Assembly (NCBI RefSeq): GCF_004010195.1
Contig: NC_057718.1
Span: 52,656,254-52,691,923, forward strand
Length of the DNA stretch: 35,670 bases
Reading direction: 5' to 3'
Source: Chiloscyllium plagiosum
Lineage: Eukaryota
The notes below the pieces were generated by a model. That model ran no database searches and was not told the DNA's origin. It saw only the letters and a list, made by a program, of their open reading frames with translations. Each line of letters starts with the position of its first letter. Within the stretch, counting starts at the first letter, position 1. Positions 34,601 to 35,670 of this stretch are shown in pieces. Both the position numbers and the translations under genes were made by a program.

Positions 34601-35670
34601 TGCCTGGCCATGCCCTGAGTGTCTGACCCTGCCCTGGGTGTGTGGCCATGCCCTAGGTTTCTGACCATGCACTGGGTGCCTGACCATGCCCTGAGTGTCT
34701 GACCATGCCCTGGGTGTGTGGCCATGCCCTAGGTTTCTGACCATGCTCTGGGTTTCTGACCATGCCCTGAGTGTCTGACCATGCCCTAGGTTTCTGAACA
34801 TGCCCTGGGTGTCTGACCATGCCCTGGGTGTCTAGCCATGCTCTGGGTTTCTGACCATGCCCTGGGTGTCTGACCATGCTCTGGGTGCCTGAACATGCCC
34901 CATGCCTTGGGTGCCTGACATGCCCTGAGTGTCTGACTATGCCCTGGGTGCCTGAATATGCCCTGGGAGTCTGACCATGCCCTGGGTGTCTGACCATGCC
35001 CTTGTGTGTCTGACCATGCTCTGGGTTTCTGACCATGCCCTGAGTGTCTGACCATGCTGTGGATGTCTGACCATGCCCTGGGTGACTGACTATGCCCTGA
35101 GTGTCTGACCATGCACTGGGTGTCCGGCTATGCCCTGGGTGTCTGGCTATGTCCTGAGTGTCTGGCTATGCCTTGTGTGTCTGACTATGCCCTGGGTGTG
35201 TGACCATGCCCTAGATTTCTGACCATGCCCTGGGTTTCTGACCATGCCCTGAGTGTCTGACCATGCTCTGGGTTTCTGACCATGCCCTGAGTGTCTGACC
35301 ATGCCCTAGGTTTCTGAACATGCCCTGGGTGTCTGACCATTCCCGGGTGACTGGCTGTGCCCTGGGTGTCTGACCATGCTCTGGGCGCCTGAACATGGTC
35401 TGGTTGTCTGACCATGCCCTGGGTGTCTGACCATGCTCTGGGTGTCTGACCATGCTCTTGGGTGTCTGACCATGCCCTGGGTGTCTGACCATGCTCAGGG
35501 AGTCTGACCATGCTCTTGGGTGTCTGACCATGCTCTGGGTGTCTGACCATGCTCAGGGAGTCTGACCATGCTCTTGGGTGTCTGACCATGCCCTGGGTGT
35601 CTGACCATGCTCAGGGAGTCTGACCATGCTCTTGGGTGTCTGACCATGCCCTGGGTGTCTGACCATGCTC
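31672..35670. repeat. 19-bp minisatellite, consensus CTGACCATGCCCTGGGTGT, ~210 copies, continues beyond window
   Basis: Direct periodicity. The minus-strand ORFs show a 19-aa (57-nt = 3 unit) period MVRHPGHGQTPRAWSDTQG. Confidence 0.98.

Noticed and set aside
31672..35670. Many long His/Gly/Pro-rich ORFs (up to 319 aa) as a protein gene
   Set aside because: They are a by-product of a stop-free 19-bp unit. All three frames give the same peptide, and indels and stops are scattered without frame preservation.
31672..35670. CRISPR-like array
   Set aside because: Head-to-tail repeats with no unique spacers, no cas genes, and a vertebrate context.

Overview
Eukaryotic, repeat-dense genomic DNA, almost certainly from a shark. 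The evidence is HE1-type tRNA SINEs with (ATCTA)n tails and CR1 LINEs; the repeat style suggests a carpet/bamboo shark, which is inference. No complete protein-coding gene is visible. Most of the window looks like intronic DNA of an unidentified minus-strand gene, with a CpG-enriched promoter/first-exon region at ~29.9-31.7 kb and candidate small exons at ~13.8 kb and ~10.9 kb. The window contains many CR1 fragments, HE1 SINEs, an L2 relic, a decayed Ty3/Gypsy internal region (gag-pol, minus strand) and three TSD-flanked solo LTRs. It also holds at least seven copies of a short Penelope-like element carrying a minimal hammerhead-ribozyme core (CUGANGA-stem II-GAAA-NNUC); several are fold-back insertions and most have 8-16 bp target-site duplications (TSDs). 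The last 4 kb is a 19-bp minisatellite (~210 copies, running off the window) directly abutting the putative promoter. Nearly all ORFs in the supplied track are repeat-derived or spurious.
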